DNA from: Corallococcus coralloides
GTDB taxonomy: Bacteria > Myxococcota > Myxococcia > Myxococcales > Myxococcaceae
Direction: 5' to 3' (one strand)
Length of the DNA: 64,000 nucleotides
Assembly: GCF_004104415.1 (NCBI RefSeq)
Contig: NZ_CP034669.1
The position numbers were made by a program, and so were the translations under genes. Of the stretch, positions 18,366 through 29,100 are shown piece by piece. The first letter of the stretch is position 1. Each line of letters begins with the position of its first letter. A model generated the notes under the pieces. The model was not told the origin of the DNA and did no database searches. It saw only the letters and a list, made by a program, of their open reading frames with translations.

Positions 18366-20815
18366 TGGACGGACTTCGAGGAACAGCAGCGGTGTTGCTC
18401 GCGTGCGCGGGCCTGTGGGCCCCGGGCACCACGTGGGCACAGGCGCCGGACGAGGACGACTCCGGCGACGTGATGTCGGAGGAGAAGCTGGAGGCCCTGC
18501 TCGACACGCCCACGGCGCAGCCCTCCGAGGACGAGGTGACGGCGGAGGCCTTCGGGCCGGAGCGGCTCACGTCCTATTTCGCGGAAGGCCTGCTGGCGAA
18601 GGCGAAGGCGGAGTTCGACCGCGGCCGGTTCAAGTCCGCGCGGGCGCTGCTCGCGACCGAGTCTCCCCCTTCCCTCCCCGGCCGCTTCCTCCAGGCGCAG
18701 AGCGCGTTCCTCGCGCGCGACTTCGCGACCGCCGCCACGGAGTTCACCGCGCTCGCGGAGGACTACGTCCCGCTGCGCGACCACTGCCTGATGAAGGCCG
18801 CGCAGTCGCATGAACGGCTGCGCAAGCCGCTGCGCGCGGCGGAGCAGTATGGCCAGGTGAGCCCCAGCTCCCCGCTCTATCCGGAGGCCCGCTTCACCAT
18901 GGCGCGCGTGCTCAAGCGCCAGCTGAAGATCCCCGAGGCGCTGGCCGCGCTCCAGGAGTTCATCGACCACCGGCAGGCCCGCGGGCCGGACGCGCCGCGG
19001 ATGAAGGCGCTGCTCGCGTACTGCGACCTGGCGCGCGCGGCGGGGCAGTACAACGCCGAGCACCGCGCGCTGCTGGAGGTCTGGGCCACCGCGCCCCTGT
19101 CGCCGGAGGCGGACCGCGCGAAGGCCCTCTTGCGCGACCTGCCCCTGCCCATGAAGTGGCGCGTGCGCCGCGCGGAGGCGCTGGTGGAGCTGCACCAGAA
19201 CGTCGCGGCCATGAACATGCTGGCCCGCTCGGGGCCCCGCACGGAGCTCCCGGACGAGCTGGCCTGCCGCGCCCAGCTCACCCTGGGCCGCGCGCTGCGC
19301 AAGGAGCGTCAGCACCGCCGCGCCATCCAGGTGCTGGAGCCGGTGGCGCGCGAGTGCCAGTCGCCCGAGCAGCGGCCGCAGGCGCTCTACCTGCTCGCCT
19401 ATTCGCAGTCCGTGGTGCAGCCGGAAGCGGCGGTGGAGACGTACGCCACGCTGGCCAGGGACTACCCGGAGCACGGCTACGCGGACGACGCGCTGTTCTT
19501 CGAGGCCTGGACGCAGCAGCGCCTGGGCCGCGCGGACGAAGCGCTGGAGAACTACGAGGCGCTGGCGAAGCGCTACCCGGCCGGCAACTTCGCCGCCGAG
19601 GCCCTCTTCCGCGCCTTCTGGCTGCACCTGCGCAAGGGCGAGACGCAGCCGGGCCTGGCGTCGCTCATGTCGGTGGAGCAGCTGCCGGAGTCCGCGCGCA
19701 CCGACGACGCCCTCTGGCGCGCGCGCTACTGGCAGGCGCGGACCCAGGAGAACGCGGGCGCGGTGGAGCTGGCGCTCGCGCGCTACGAGCTCATCGCCAC
19801 CGAGCGCCCCACGGCCTGGTACGGGCTCTTGTCCCGGACGCGGCTGGCGCAGCACGCGCCGGAGCGCCTGGCGCGGCTGACGGAGACCGCCGCGCAACCG
19901 GCCGTGGCCAAGAGCGTGAACGCCGCCGCGCCGGCCAACGACGAGGTCTGGCCCCTGCCCCCGGGCCCGCTCCAGAAGGATGCGCGCTTCGCGGCGGGCG
20001 TGGAGCTCCTGCGCCTGGGACAGCGGGGCGTGGTGGAGGAGCTGCTCGCGGTGGACACGCGCGGCCTGGCGGAGGCGCCCGCGCGGCTGCTCTACCAGAC
20101 CATGCGCCGCACCGGCCGGGGCCGGGCCACGCGGCAGGTGGCTCGCGTGACGCTGCGCCAGGAGGCCGCGGGCCCCTTGAGCGCCGCGTCCCGTCCGGTG
20201 TGGGAGGCGACGTGGCCGCTCGCGTTCCGCCCGCTCATCCAGAACTACTCGAAGGCCGCGCGCGTGGACCCCGACCTCCTGCAGGGCCTCATCCGCGAGG
20301 AGAGCCGGTTCAACCCGCGCGCGCGCTCGTCCACCGGCGCGCTGGGGCTCGCGCAGCTGATGCCCACGACGGCGCAGGCGGTGGCGGACTCGCTCAAGCT
20401 GGCGTCGTTCGAGATGTCGTCGCTGCTCCAGCCCGCGCAGAACATCCGGCTGGGGGCGGCGTACCTGGGCTCGCTGCTCAAGCACTTCGACGGCAACCCC
20501 GCCTACGCGGTGGCCGCCTACAACGCGGGCCCCGCGGCGGTGGAGCGCTGGCGCAAGGCCCTGCCCCAGGCGGAGCTGGACGAGTGGGTGGAGCACATCG
20601 CCTTCGACGAGACCCGCGACTACGTGAAGCGCGTGCTCAGCAGCTACAGCGCCTACAAGCTGCTCTACGCCAACGAGGTCCCCGCCTCCTTCGCGCCGGC
20701 CCGCAAGGTGCCGCTGGAGGCCGCGCGCACGCCCACGATGAGCCCCGCCACGGGCGTGGGCGGCAGCGGCCGGAACGTGGCGACGCCCACGTCCTCCGTC
20801 TCCGGGAGACGCTAG
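18366..20815 (+). CDS. slt: soluble lytic murein transglycosylase (Slt70-like, superhelical/TPR N-domain plus SLT domain)
   Basis: The C-terminal SLT catalytic motif reads LIREESRFNPRARSSTGALGLAQLMPTTA...AYNAGP. A signal peptide is present from MDGLRGTAAVLLACAGLWA. Confidence 0.85.
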
Positions 20816-20862
20816 CGGCTCACGCCGGACGGAAAGCGCACCCCCGTCCGGCGCGGTCGTGA

Positions 20863-21678
20863 CTACTTCGCGCCCGTGGGCTGGGTGATGGACTCGGAGC
20901 GGATGGTGTACTCGCCGGCGATGGCGTTCGTGTCGATGCCCGTGAAGTGACGGTACGGGTACGCGCCATCCGCGACGGTCTCGATGAACTCCACCGAGTC
21001 ACCGGTGATGGACTTGCCGTCGATGTTCACGGTGAAGGTGTTCTTCTCCGAGTCCAGGCGCCACACGCACGCGCCCACGTTCGTCTCCGCGGAGCCGGTG
21101 GACAGCCCGTCGATGTCGAAGTCGTTCAGGAAGTGGTGGTGCATCTCCGCCCAGCGCAGGAAGTCCCGCCAGTTGGTGAAGGTGATCATCAGCCCGGCCG
21201 GCTGGGGGCTGGAGCCCTGGAGCACGCCGCCCCGGTAGATGTTCATCCGGTACGCGGAGCCGCCCGGCGAGCCCGTGAAGGTGGGCAGCATGTTGACCGT
21301 GTTCGCCTCGCGGCCCGGCGTCACCTTCAGCGTGCTGACGACCTGGTCGCCATCACGCGCGGACAGCTGGTAGCCGCCCTGCGCCCCCAGGCTCACCGCC
21401 ACGCGCTGCTCCCACTTCACGGCCTGCGTGAAGCTGCTGGAGACGCCGTCCTTCTGGGTCTTGAGGTTGGACACCGCCAGCCCGTCCGCGACGGCATCCA
21501 CCTTCGCGCCGCCCAGCGCGCAGCTGGTGATGCCGTCGAACTTCTTCACGCACTGGGACGCCGCGGCCTCCTGCGCGCCCAGGGAACCGGAGGCCTGGCC
21601 GTCATCGGCACCGCCCGCGCAACCCGTGATGCTCAGCAGCACGGAAGCCAGCAGGGAACCCGTGATCTTCAAATGCAT
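20863..21678 (-). CDS. hypothetical lipoprotein
   Basis: The signal peptide carries the lipobox ITGC. GC3 bias is present. Confidence 0.65.
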   Translation of the reverse strand: MHLKITGSLLASVLLSITGCAGGADDGQASGSLGAQEAAASQCVKKFDGITSCALGGAKVDAVADGLAVSNLKTQKDGVSSSFTQAVKWEQRVAVSLGAQGGYQLSARDGDQVVSTLKVTPGREANTVNMLPTFTGSPGGSAYRMNIYRGGVLQGSSPQPAGLMITFTNWRDFLRWAEMHHHFLNDFDIDGLSTGSAETNVGACVWRLDSEKNTFTVNIDGKSITGDSVEFIETVADGAYPYRHFTGIDTNAIAGEYTIRSESITQPTGAK

Positions 21679-21954
21679 CCGCTACCTCATGGTGTGGGGT
21701 GGACTGCCCACGGCCCCACTGCACCCCGCACGCCAACACCCCGAGTCTGTCTGCTTTCACTCGTGGAATTCATTGATTGAGAAAATGGAGTAGCGCCGGG
21801 CGTCACATGAAACATGTGATTTGTAGCAAGCCCGGTCTCACACGGAGCGTCAGTCCTCCGCACTCCAGGGCGGAACTTTGCCGTGACACACAACTTCCCA
21901 GGGGGTTCGGCGGATAATCTGGGGAGCGCGGTTCCTCCCCCCGGACACCCCACC

Positions 21955-23388
21955 ATGGCCTCGAAGATCAACGACAGCTCGCGTCCCCTCACCTCCGTCT
22001 CGCGGCTGTCCTCGCAGGACGCCCGGACGACGGAGACGAAGTCCCGGAACCGCCCCCTTGCGTTCAAGGACGGCTTCGAGTCCTCCAGCAGCACGCGCCC
22101 CGCGCCCGGCCAGCTGCCGCGGCTGCCCGCGCCCCCTCCCATCCTGGGGCTGCCCGCGCCCACCACCCCGACTCCGGCGCCGACGACGCCCGTGCCTCCG
22201 GAGGCGCCCACCGAGCCGCCCGTGTCGGCGGACTCGGATCCGATGACGCACATCGAGTACCTGGCCTCGGACGCGCTGCAGGGCCGTGACAGCCCCTCCG
22301 CGGGGCTGGACGCGGCTTCCGTCTACGTGCAGGCCCACGCGGAGAAGTACGGGCTCTTGGGGCCCAACATCAACAACCCGGAGAACCCCTTCCAGCAGAA
22401 GTTCAACGTCTACTCGTGGCTGGGCGCGGACAAGGCGGGCGAGACGGAGGGCGCGGCCCACGCCGGGCATGCCGGGCACAAGCAGTTTGGCCACACGATG
22501 TTCCAGGAGGGCTTCTACCTGGACGAGAAGATGCCCCAGGACACGCTGAAGAAGCTCAACCAGCAGTACGAGCAGACGATGAAGGCGGCGGGCCAGTCAG
22601 TGGTGCCGGCGCAGGCCGGGAAGCAGCGCAGCGTGGAGGAGCTCAAGCAGGTGGCCACGGCCACGGGCCAGGCGGTGAACACCATGGCCATGCTGCCCGG
22701 CACCGGCCCTCACAAGGACGAGGTCATCGTGGTGATGGCCCACCTGGACCACGTGGGCGTGGACCGCAAGGGCAACGCGTACAACGGCGCGGACGACAAC
22801 GCGTCCGGCAGCGCGGTGCTGATGGCGGCGGTGCCGGAGCTGGCGGAGGCCGCGAAGAACGGCAAGCTGGATCGCTCCGTGCTCTTCATCTGGACGGGCG
22901 CGGAGGAGAAGGGCCTGGTGGGCTCGCAGTACTTCGTGGACCACCCCATCCCCGGCCTGGAGCTGAAGAACATCGCTGGCGTCATCAACACGGACATGGT
23001 GGGCCGCTGGGATGATCAGCGCCTGTCCGTGGTGGACACCAACACCAAGGGCCAGCCCAACTACTTCCGCGACGTGGTGGACCAGGCGAACCAGCAGCTG
23101 GCGGATCCGTTCGACCGCATCAACCGCGACATCAACGTCTACCGCGACCGGCAGGACGGCGCGTCCTTCGGACGCAAGGGCGAGGACGTGCTCTTCCTCT
23201 TCGAGGGCCTGTCCAACCCCGAGGGCGGCGGCGACCTCATCCCCGAGTACCACCGGCAGGATGACGACATCGACAAGATCATCGAGGACAACGGCGGCAA
23301 CAAGCCCCGCCGCGTGAAGGACCTGCTCCTCAACGTCATCAACCTGGCGGCGAACCGCACGACGGAGCCGCAGCAGCCGACGAAGTAG
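21955..23388 (+). CDS. M28-family metallopeptidase (aminopeptidase)
   Basis: M28 zinc-ligand motifs are present: HLDHVG, DDNASGSA and the EEKGLVGS pair. The start is uncertain, either 21883 or 21955. Confidence 0.8.
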   Translation: MASKINDSSRPLTSVSRLSSQDARTTETKSRNRPLAFKDGFESSSSTRPAPGQLPRLPAPPPILGLPAPTTPTPAPTTPVPPEAPTEPPVSADSDPMTHIEYLASDALQGRDSPSAGLDAASVYVQAHAEKYGLLGPNINNPENPFQQKFNVYSWLGADKAGETEGAAHAGHAGHKQFGHTMFQEGFYLDEKMPQDTLKKLNQQYEQTMKAAGQSVVPAQAGKQRSVEELKQVATATGQAVNTMAMLPGTGPHKDEVIVVMAHLDHVGVDRKGNAYNGADDNASGSAVLMAAVPELAEAAKNGKLDRSVLFIWTGAEEKGLVGSQYFVDHPIPGLELKNIAGVINTDMVGRWDDQRLSVVDTNTKGQPNYFRDVVDQANQQLADPFDRINRDINVYRDRQDGASFGRKGEDVLFLFEGLSNPEGGGDLIPEYHRQDDDIDKIIEDNGGNKPRRVKDLLLNVINLAANRTTEPQQPTK

Positions 23389-23445
23389 CGGCCCCGCGGC
23401 ACCTTCCGCCGGAAGGAGCACTTCCGGCGGAAGAAGGCCTTCGAC

Positions 23446-24330
23446 TCAGGCGGCCAGCGTCTCCCCGCTGCCTTCCACGGGCCTGCCGGAGAGCGCGGCG
23501 ACCTCGTGGTCGCTCAGCACGAGCTTCTCCTCGGAGCCGCGCCAGACGAACGGGATGCCGGGCTGGCGGTACAGGTTCGCGGGGATCTCCTGCGCCAGCT
23601 GCGCGTGCAGCTCCGGCAGCTTGGACCAGTGCAGCCCGTGCCGCGTGTGATGCGCGGTGTGGTAGCCCAGGTTGCCCGTCATCAGGTTGTAGCCCTTGTG
23701 GAGGATGTTGTACGACGCCTCCGAGTGGTTCGCCGTCTCCAGGCCCACGTGGTGGAAGTACGTGGCCCAGGTCGTCACGTAGAGCGACGCCATCATGGGC
23801 AGCAGGAAGACGAAGAGCGCGTTGTAGGGGTTCACCCAGAACAGGCCCGCCAGCAGCACCAGCTGGAGCGCGGCCATCCACACGAACACGCGCAGCGCCT
23901 TGGGGTGATGCTTCCTGCCCACCTGGAACGCGCGCGAGTACGCGGTCAGCGCCGTGCTCAGCGAGTACTCCACCTCGCCCATCGTCGAGCCGTCCTCCCG
24001 CTTCCAGCGCGACTCGTCCTGCGACTGATCCAGGTAGTTCTTGTGGTGGCCCAGCACGTGGTGGAGGAACCACGCCTGCGACGTCACGCCCGTCTGGAAG
24101 CCGAAGACGATCTCCAACAGGCGGTTGGGCAGCGCGTGCTTGAAGAAGGACAGGTGCTGGTGGTGGTGGTTCCACGAGCAGATCCACCCCTTGGGGATGA
24201 TGCCCAGCCCGAACCACAGCACCGGCACCCACCAGCTGCGCGCCGTGAGGAACACCGTCATGTCGAGCGCGAAGACGCCAAGGAACATCAGGACCGGGAT
24301 GCGATCTTCAGGGTGCCGGAACAGGGTCAT
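23446..24330 (-). CDS. small membrane di-iron desaturase/hydroxylase-family protein
   Basis: It carries three His boxes: HHHQH, HHVLGHH and HTAHH. Four TM segments are predicted. The start was chosen at MTLFRHPEDR; the upstream Arg-rich extension of the ORF was rejected. Confidence 0.7.
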   Translation of the reverse strand: MTLFRHPEDRIPVLMFLGVFALDMTVFLTARSWWVPVLWFGLGIIPKGWICSWNHHHQHLSFFKHALPNRLLEIVFGFQTGVTSQAWFLHHVLGHHKNYLDQSQDESRWKREDGSTMGEVEYSLSTALTAYSRAFQVGRKHHPKALRVFVWMAALQLVLLAGLFWVNPYNALFVFLLPMMASLYVTTWATYFHHVGLETANHSEASYNILHKGYNLMTGNLGYHTAHHTRHGLHWSKLPELHAQLAQEIPANLYRQPGIPFVWRGSEEKLVLSDHEVAALSGRPVEGSGETLAA

Positions 24331-24549
24331 GCGTCTTCCGTACAAGGGGGACAGGGGAAAAATGCCGATTTTCCAACTGTAGGCCGTCAGCCCCCATGCC
24401 GAACAGCCCACCCTCGCCTGCCTGCACGTTCCACACTGGCGGTAAACAATGTAGTCACGTTGAACTTGTCTTTCTACATTTCCAAGAATCGCAGTCCTGC
24501 TTTGTGATAAACGCCGACCCAGCCCTTTTGGACCCACCTGGAGGCGGCA

Positions 24550-25212
24550 ATGCGGAACCAGACCATCGAGGCGGCACTGGCGAAGAATCCCCACCGTGAG
24601 CAGCTGCTCAAACACCGGTTCTTCGAGGTGGTGGACGAGAAGGCCTTCAGCCGCGATCAGGCGGAGCTGGTCCTGGGTCAGTGGTGGCACCCCCTGCACT
24701 ACTTCCCCACCTTCCTGGGCAAGCTCATCGCCGTCTGCCCGCAGATGGAGATGAAGACGGCGGTGACGCACATCCTCAACCAGGAGGTGGGCGAGGGAGA
24801 CCCGGCGCGTGCGCACGAGCGCTTCTTCATCCAGACGATGACGGACGCGGGCTTCACCAAGGCGGGCGTGTCGGAGGCGGACATGACGCCCGCGACGCGC
24901 CGGCTCATCGACGGGTACCAGCGCTCCACGGACAGCCACCTCACGGGCCTGGGCTTCCTCTACGGCACGGAGGTGGCGGACCTCACCATGGTGGCCAAGC
25001 TGGGCAAGCTGGTGCGCCGCACCACGGGCCTCAAGGCCCTGCCCTGGGTGGACATCCACGTGAAGCAGGAGCCGGACCACGTGGAGACGGCCGGCCACAC
25101 CATGGGCCTTGCGTACACGGACGAGGAGCTGGCCACCATCACCCGCGGTGCGGAGGAGATGTGGCAGCTGTGGGTGGGCTTCTTCGAGGAGCTGCGCAAC
25201 CGCGTCGTCTGA
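24550..25212 (+). CDS. haem-oxygenase-like / TenA-PqqC-like iron-containing redox enzyme family protein
   Basis: A helical 220-aa protein has spaced E/H residues (EVGEGD, HERFF). GC3 bias is strong. It is divergent from the desaturase-family gene. Confidence 0.65.
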   Translation: MRNQTIEAALAKNPHREQLLKHRFFEVVDEKAFSRDQAELVLGQWWHPLHYFPTFLGKLIAVCPQMEMKTAVTHILNQEVGEGDPARAHERFFIQTMTDAGFTKAGVSEADMTPATRRLIDGYQRSTDSHLTGLGFLYGTEVADLTMVAKLGKLVRRTTGLKALPWVDIHVKQEPDHVETAGHTMGLAYTDEELATITRGAEEMWQLWVGFFEELRNRVV

Positions 25213-25388
25213 GCGGCGCCTCGCGTCAAGCGCAACCCCCCGGAATCCGTACGTTTTCGAACGGAACACTGGCGAATCTCTCCAGGTAGGGTAGTCACTC
25301 CCGCGTCACGGGAGTGTCACCCCCCAGAGGCGCCACCCCCTCCCGCGGCGGATAGCTCCTGTCCCTCCAGGCGCCGAGGGAGATCCCC

Positions 25389-26015
25389 ATGCTCGAAAAG
25401 CTGATGCCGAAGTCGGACGAGTTCTTCGACGACTTCGACGCGCAATGCGCCAGAACTGTCGAGGGAGCGAAGCTCCTGCACGAGCTCCTGAGCGACTTCC
25501 GGGACGTGCCCACGCGCGTCCAGGCCCTCAAGGACGTGGAGCACCAGGGCGACGAGGTCACCCACACGGCCTTCAACCGGCTCCACCAGCAGTTCATCAC
25601 CCCGTTCGACCGGGGGCAGATCCACACGCTCCTGTCGCGCATCGACGACGTGTTGGACCTGACCAACGCGGCGGCGGCGCGGCTGCTCTACTACGAGATC
25701 GAATCCAGCCGGGAGGACGCCACGGAGCTGGCGCGGCTGTTGGTGCTCTCCACGCGGAAGGTGCAGGAGGTCGTCGCGGCGCTGCGGCTCATCAAGAAGC
25801 CGGAGCAGATCCTCGCGGGCTGCAAGGAGATCAAGCACCTGGAGACCCAGGCGGATGAGGTCCTCCGCGCGGGCATGGGCCGGCTGTTCAAGAGCGGCGT
25901 GGACACCCTGACCATCATCAAGTGGAAGGAGATCTACGACCTCATCGAGACGGCCACCGACAAGTGCCAGGGCGTGGCCAACGTCATCGAGGGCGTCGTG
26001 CTGGAGCACAGCTGA
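25389..26015 (+). CDS. DUF47-family (PhoU-like) phosphate transport regulator
   Basis: A helical 208-aa protein sits immediately upstream of the PiT transporter, overlapping it by 1 nt. This is the classic pit-associated partner. Confidence 0.85.
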   Translation: MLEKLMPKSDEFFDDFDAQCARTVEGAKLLHELLSDFRDVPTRVQALKDVEHQGDEVTHTAFNRLHQQFITPFDRGQIHTLLSRIDDVLDLTNAAAARLLYYEIESSREDATELARLLVLSTRKVQEVVAALRLIKKPEQILAGCKEIKHLETQADEVLRAGMGRLFKSGVDTLTIIKWKEIYDLIETATDKCQGVANVIEGVVLEHS

Positions 26016-26016
26016 G

Positions 26017-27042
26017 ATGCTGCTCGCAGCGGTCGTCACCATCGTCGCCGTCGCGCTCATCTTCGATTTCATCAATGGCTTCCACGACGCGGCGAACTCC
26101 ATCGCCACCGTGGTGTCCACGCGCGTGCTGTCGCCGAACCTGGCCGTGGCCTGGGCGGCGTTCTTCAACTTCATCGCGGCCTTCGCGGGCGGCGTGCACG
26201 TGGCCAACACCATGGGCAAGGGCATCATCAACTTCGAGATGCTCCGGGCCGCCGGCCCCACCGCGGTGCTGCTGGTCATCTTCGCGTCGCTGATGGGCGC
26301 CATCGTCTGGAACCTGCTCACCTGGTGGTGGGGGCTGCCCTCGTCGTCGTCGCACGCGCTGGCGGGCGGGATGATTGGCGCCACGCTGCCCGTGCTGGGC
26401 TTCGAGGGCCTGGTGGGCAGCGGCATCGCGCGCATCGCGGCCTTCATCGTGCTGTCGCCGCTCATCGGCATGACGCTGGGCATCGGGATGATGCTGGCCA
26501 GCACCTGGGCGGTGCACCGTCAGACGCCGCTGCGCGTGGACACCTGGTTCCGCCGGCTGCAGCTGGTGTCGTCCGCCATCTTCTCCTTCAGCCACGGCAC
26601 CAACGACGCGCAGAAGGTCATGGGCATCATCGCGGTGGTGCTCTTCGGCACCATCTGGCGCGACCGCCCGTTCCACATCGACTGGTGGATGATCATCTCC
26701 TGCCACGCCGCCATCGCGCTGGGCACCTTCTTCGGCGGCTGGCGCATCATCCGCACCATGGGCCACAGCCTCACGAAGCTGGCGCCCATTGGCGGCTTCA
26801 GCGCGGAGACGGGCGGCGGCGTCACCATCATCGCGCTGGCGGAGCTGGGCATCCCCGTCTCCACCACGCACACCATCACCGGCGCCATCGTCGGCGTGGG
26901 GTCCACGCGCGGCTGGCGGGCCGTGAAGTGGGGCACCGCCGGCCGCATCATCTGGGCGTGGGTGTTCACCATCCCCGCCGCCGCGCTGGTGTCCGTGCTC
27001 GTCTACGGAATCACGCTGGCCGTCGTCCGGATGGTGGGCTGA
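26017..27042 (+). CDS. pit: inorganic phosphate transporter, PiT family
   Basis: The N-terminal GFHDAANSIAT and C-terminal GTNDAQK PHO4 repeats are present. It has about 10 TM segments. Confidence 0.9.
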   Translation: MLLAAVVTIVAVALIFDFINGFHDAANSIATVVSTRVLSPNLAVAWAAFFNFIAAFAGGVHVANTMGKGIINFEMLRAAGPTAVLLVIFASLMGAIVWNLLTWWWGLPSSSSHALAGGMIGATLPVLGFEGLVGSGIARIAAFIVLSPLIGMTLGIGMMLASTWAVHRQTPLRVDTWFRRLQLVSSAIFSFSHGTNDAQKVMGIIAVVLFGTIWRDRPFHIDWWMIISCHAAIALGTFFGGWRIIRTMGHSLTKLAPIGGFSAETGGGVTIIALAELGIPVSTTHTITGAIVGVGSTRGWRAVKWGTAGRIIWAWVFTIPAAALVSVLVYGITLAVVRMVG

Positions 27043-27053
27043 GGAAAGCCCCG

Positions 27054-27080
27054 GGCGCGGGGGAGCAGGTCCCCCGCGCC
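27054..27080. terminator. GC-rich hairpin between convergent genes (possible bidirectional terminator)
   Basis: The inverted repeat is ggcgcggggga(5-nt loop)tcccccgcgcc. It lies between the pit stop (27042) and the convergent membrane-protein stop (27094). No T-tract follows. Confidence 0.4.
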
Positions 27081-27093
27081 ACCTGCCGCGGCC

Positions 27094-28881
27094 CTACTGG
27101 ACGACGCGGACGTTGAGGGCGGACGACGGCCCGCCCACGGCCGGCGGCACCCAGGGCACCACCTTCTTGTTCTGCCACTGGACCAGCTTCAGCGACGGGT
27201 CCTCCAGCGGCACGTCGAAGGTGTAGGAGATGCGCGTGGGGCCCTGCGCGTCCGCCTCTTCAATCCTCACCTTCATGCCCTTCATGTCGAACTCGTCGCC
27301 CTGGCGCACCGGGTGGCGAGCGGCGCGGTGGATGCGCTCCTCCACGGAGTCCAGGAAGTGGCCGCCATTCGTGAGCGACAGCTCCAGCGAGTTGGGGCCG
27401 GTGCGCGTCACCTTCTGCTCGTAGAGCGAATAGGACAGCACCCACCAGGCCTTCGGCAGCGGCTGGCCCGAGGACCACCAGCGCACGGAGCCGTAGATGC
27501 CGACGATGCCGTTGGGGGCGTTGAGCACCACCACGCGCTGGTGGGGGAGCTTCTCCTGGTCGAACGCCTCCGTGTAGCGCGCCTGCACGCGCCCCATGAG
27601 CGCGTCCGCCTGGGAGTACTGGTCCATGGTCTGCCACCAGATGTACGGCGAGCCCACGACGTGGATGACCGCCATCACCGCCGCGCCGGCCAGCACCGCG
27701 CCCGCGCGGAGCGTCTTCGCCCGCCCCTTCCACGCGTGCCGCAGCACCACGGCCAGGCCCACCGCCGTGCCCAGGCTGGGCACGATGAGCGTGCGCGAGC
27801 CGGCGAAGGCGGAGTTGGACAGCCACGTGGACACGAACGCGCCCGTCAGCATCCAGCCCACGGTGCGCCGCTCCGCGGCCTCCAGCCGGGGCCACACGCC
27901 CCACACGAGCAGCGCGAACAGCGTCAGGCCCACCGCGCCCAGGAGGGTGAAGAGGGGCACCAGGGACTGGTCGAAGATGAAGTCCGGGGGCGCGTTCAGC
28001 GTCAGGCCCGCGATGGCCGCCGGGACGCGGCCGAGCATCGCCTGGAACCACGCCACGGGCGTCCCCAGCGCGTCCAGGTACATGTCCGAGCCGCCCGCGC
28101 CGTAGCCCATGGCCCGGTACGCCGCGAAGTAGACGGCCATCAGCACGCCGAAGGGGATGAGCCCCTTGAGCTTGTCCTTCGCCTTCCCCGGGCCGGAGAA
28201 GGCCTCGTAGGCCAGCACGTACGGGCTGAGGATGACCATGGTCTCGCCGCACAGGAGCGCCAGCGTGAAGGACACCAGCGCGCCCACCAGCGCGTTCCTG
28301 CGCCCCTGCTCCCGCCACTGGATGTGGAAGGCGAGGCCGAGGACGCCGAACATCAGGGACATCACCACGCTGCGGTAGGACAGCCAGCCCAGCACCGCCG
28401 CGTGCGAGCCCCAGATGGCGAAGAGGACCATCGCCACGCCCGCCACCGCCGTGGGCAGCACCCGCTTGAACAGCGCGCCCGCCAGCACCACCAGGCCCAC
28501 GTACCAGAGCAACGAGTGGAACTGATAGGCCACCGCGACGCGGTTGTAGAGCAGGTGATCCAGCCCGTAGAGCAGGCTGCCCAGGGGCCGGAAGAACGAG
28601 ACGCGAACGGAGGGCTCCACCCACCACGGGAAGACGCCCACCTCCGCCAGCCGCAGCGTGTGCTCCGGGATGCCCGTGGCCGTGCGGTACACGTCCAGGG
28701 GCGTGTTGCCCAGCGGCGCGGGCGGCGGAATGTTGTCCCAGACGCCCAGCCAGATGAAGTCATCCGGCATGAATCCCGAGCGCAACGCCGTCGCGCCCAG
28801 GGCCACCGCGAACACGATGGAAATCCAGAAGTAACGCTTGAACGGCCAACCCGGGGCGGTTGGCGAAGGTGAAGTATCCAT
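27094..28881 (-). CDS. polytopic membrane protein, putative GT-C-fold glycosyltransferase
   Basis: About 12 TM helices are predicted. The first loop carries an acidic motif (FMPDDFIW). A C-terminal soluble domain is present. This is a fold-level guess only. Confidence 0.6.
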   Translation of the reverse strand: MDTSPSPTAPGWPFKRYFWISIVFAVALGATALRSGFMPDDFIWLGVWDNIPPPAPLGNTPLDVYRTATGIPEHTLRLAEVGVFPWWVEPSVRVSFFRPLGSLLYGLDHLLYNRVAVAYQFHSLLWYVGLVVLAGALFKRVLPTAVAGVAMVLFAIWGSHAAVLGWLSYRSVVMSLMFGVLGLAFHIQWREQGRRNALVGALVSFTLALLCGETMVILSPYVLAYEAFSGPGKAKDKLKGLIPFGVLMAVYFAAYRAMGYGAGGSDMYLDALGTPVAWFQAMLGRVPAAIAGLTLNAPPDFIFDQSLVPLFTLLGAVGLTLFALLVWGVWPRLEAAERRTVGWMLTGAFVSTWLSNSAFAGSRTLIVPSLGTAVGLAVVLRHAWKGRAKTLRAGAVLAGAAVMAVIHVVGSPYIWWQTMDQYSQADALMGRVQARYTEAFDQEKLPHQRVVVLNAPNGIVGIYGSVRWWSSGQPLPKAWWVLSYSLYEQKVTRTGPNSLELSLTNGGHFLDSVEERIHRAARHPVRQGDEFDMKGMKVRIEEADAQGPTRISYTFDVPLEDPSLKLVQWQNKKVVPWVPPAVGGPSSALNVRVVQ

Positions 28882-29100
28882 GTTTCAAGGATCTATCAGC
28901 CCGCCCCCCACACGAGATAGGTCCTCCTGGGTCGTCCGCTGCCACCGGAAACACGCGGAGAGTGCGGCGCGTATGACGGAGATCCTTTGCCAGCGCCCGG
29001 ACTCCGGGTGATCCTCCTCCGACGAAGGGGGACGCGGTCCGGCAGGTGAAACCATGAGCGCGAGCGCCGTTGCACCCGCGCCGCCGCCGGGCCCGCTCGC

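Noticed and set aside
17420-20596. 1058-aa minus ORF antisense to the lytic transglycosylase, and the 19156-20862 + alternate frame
   Set aside because: The SLT catalytic motif is found only in the 18366-20815 + frame.
24681-25298. Alternative-frame ORFs over the HO-like gene, and the 5' extension of the desaturase-family ORF to 25269
   Set aside because: The extension is Arg-rich and overlaps a well-formed divergent gene. The desaturase start was reset to MTLFRHPEDR.
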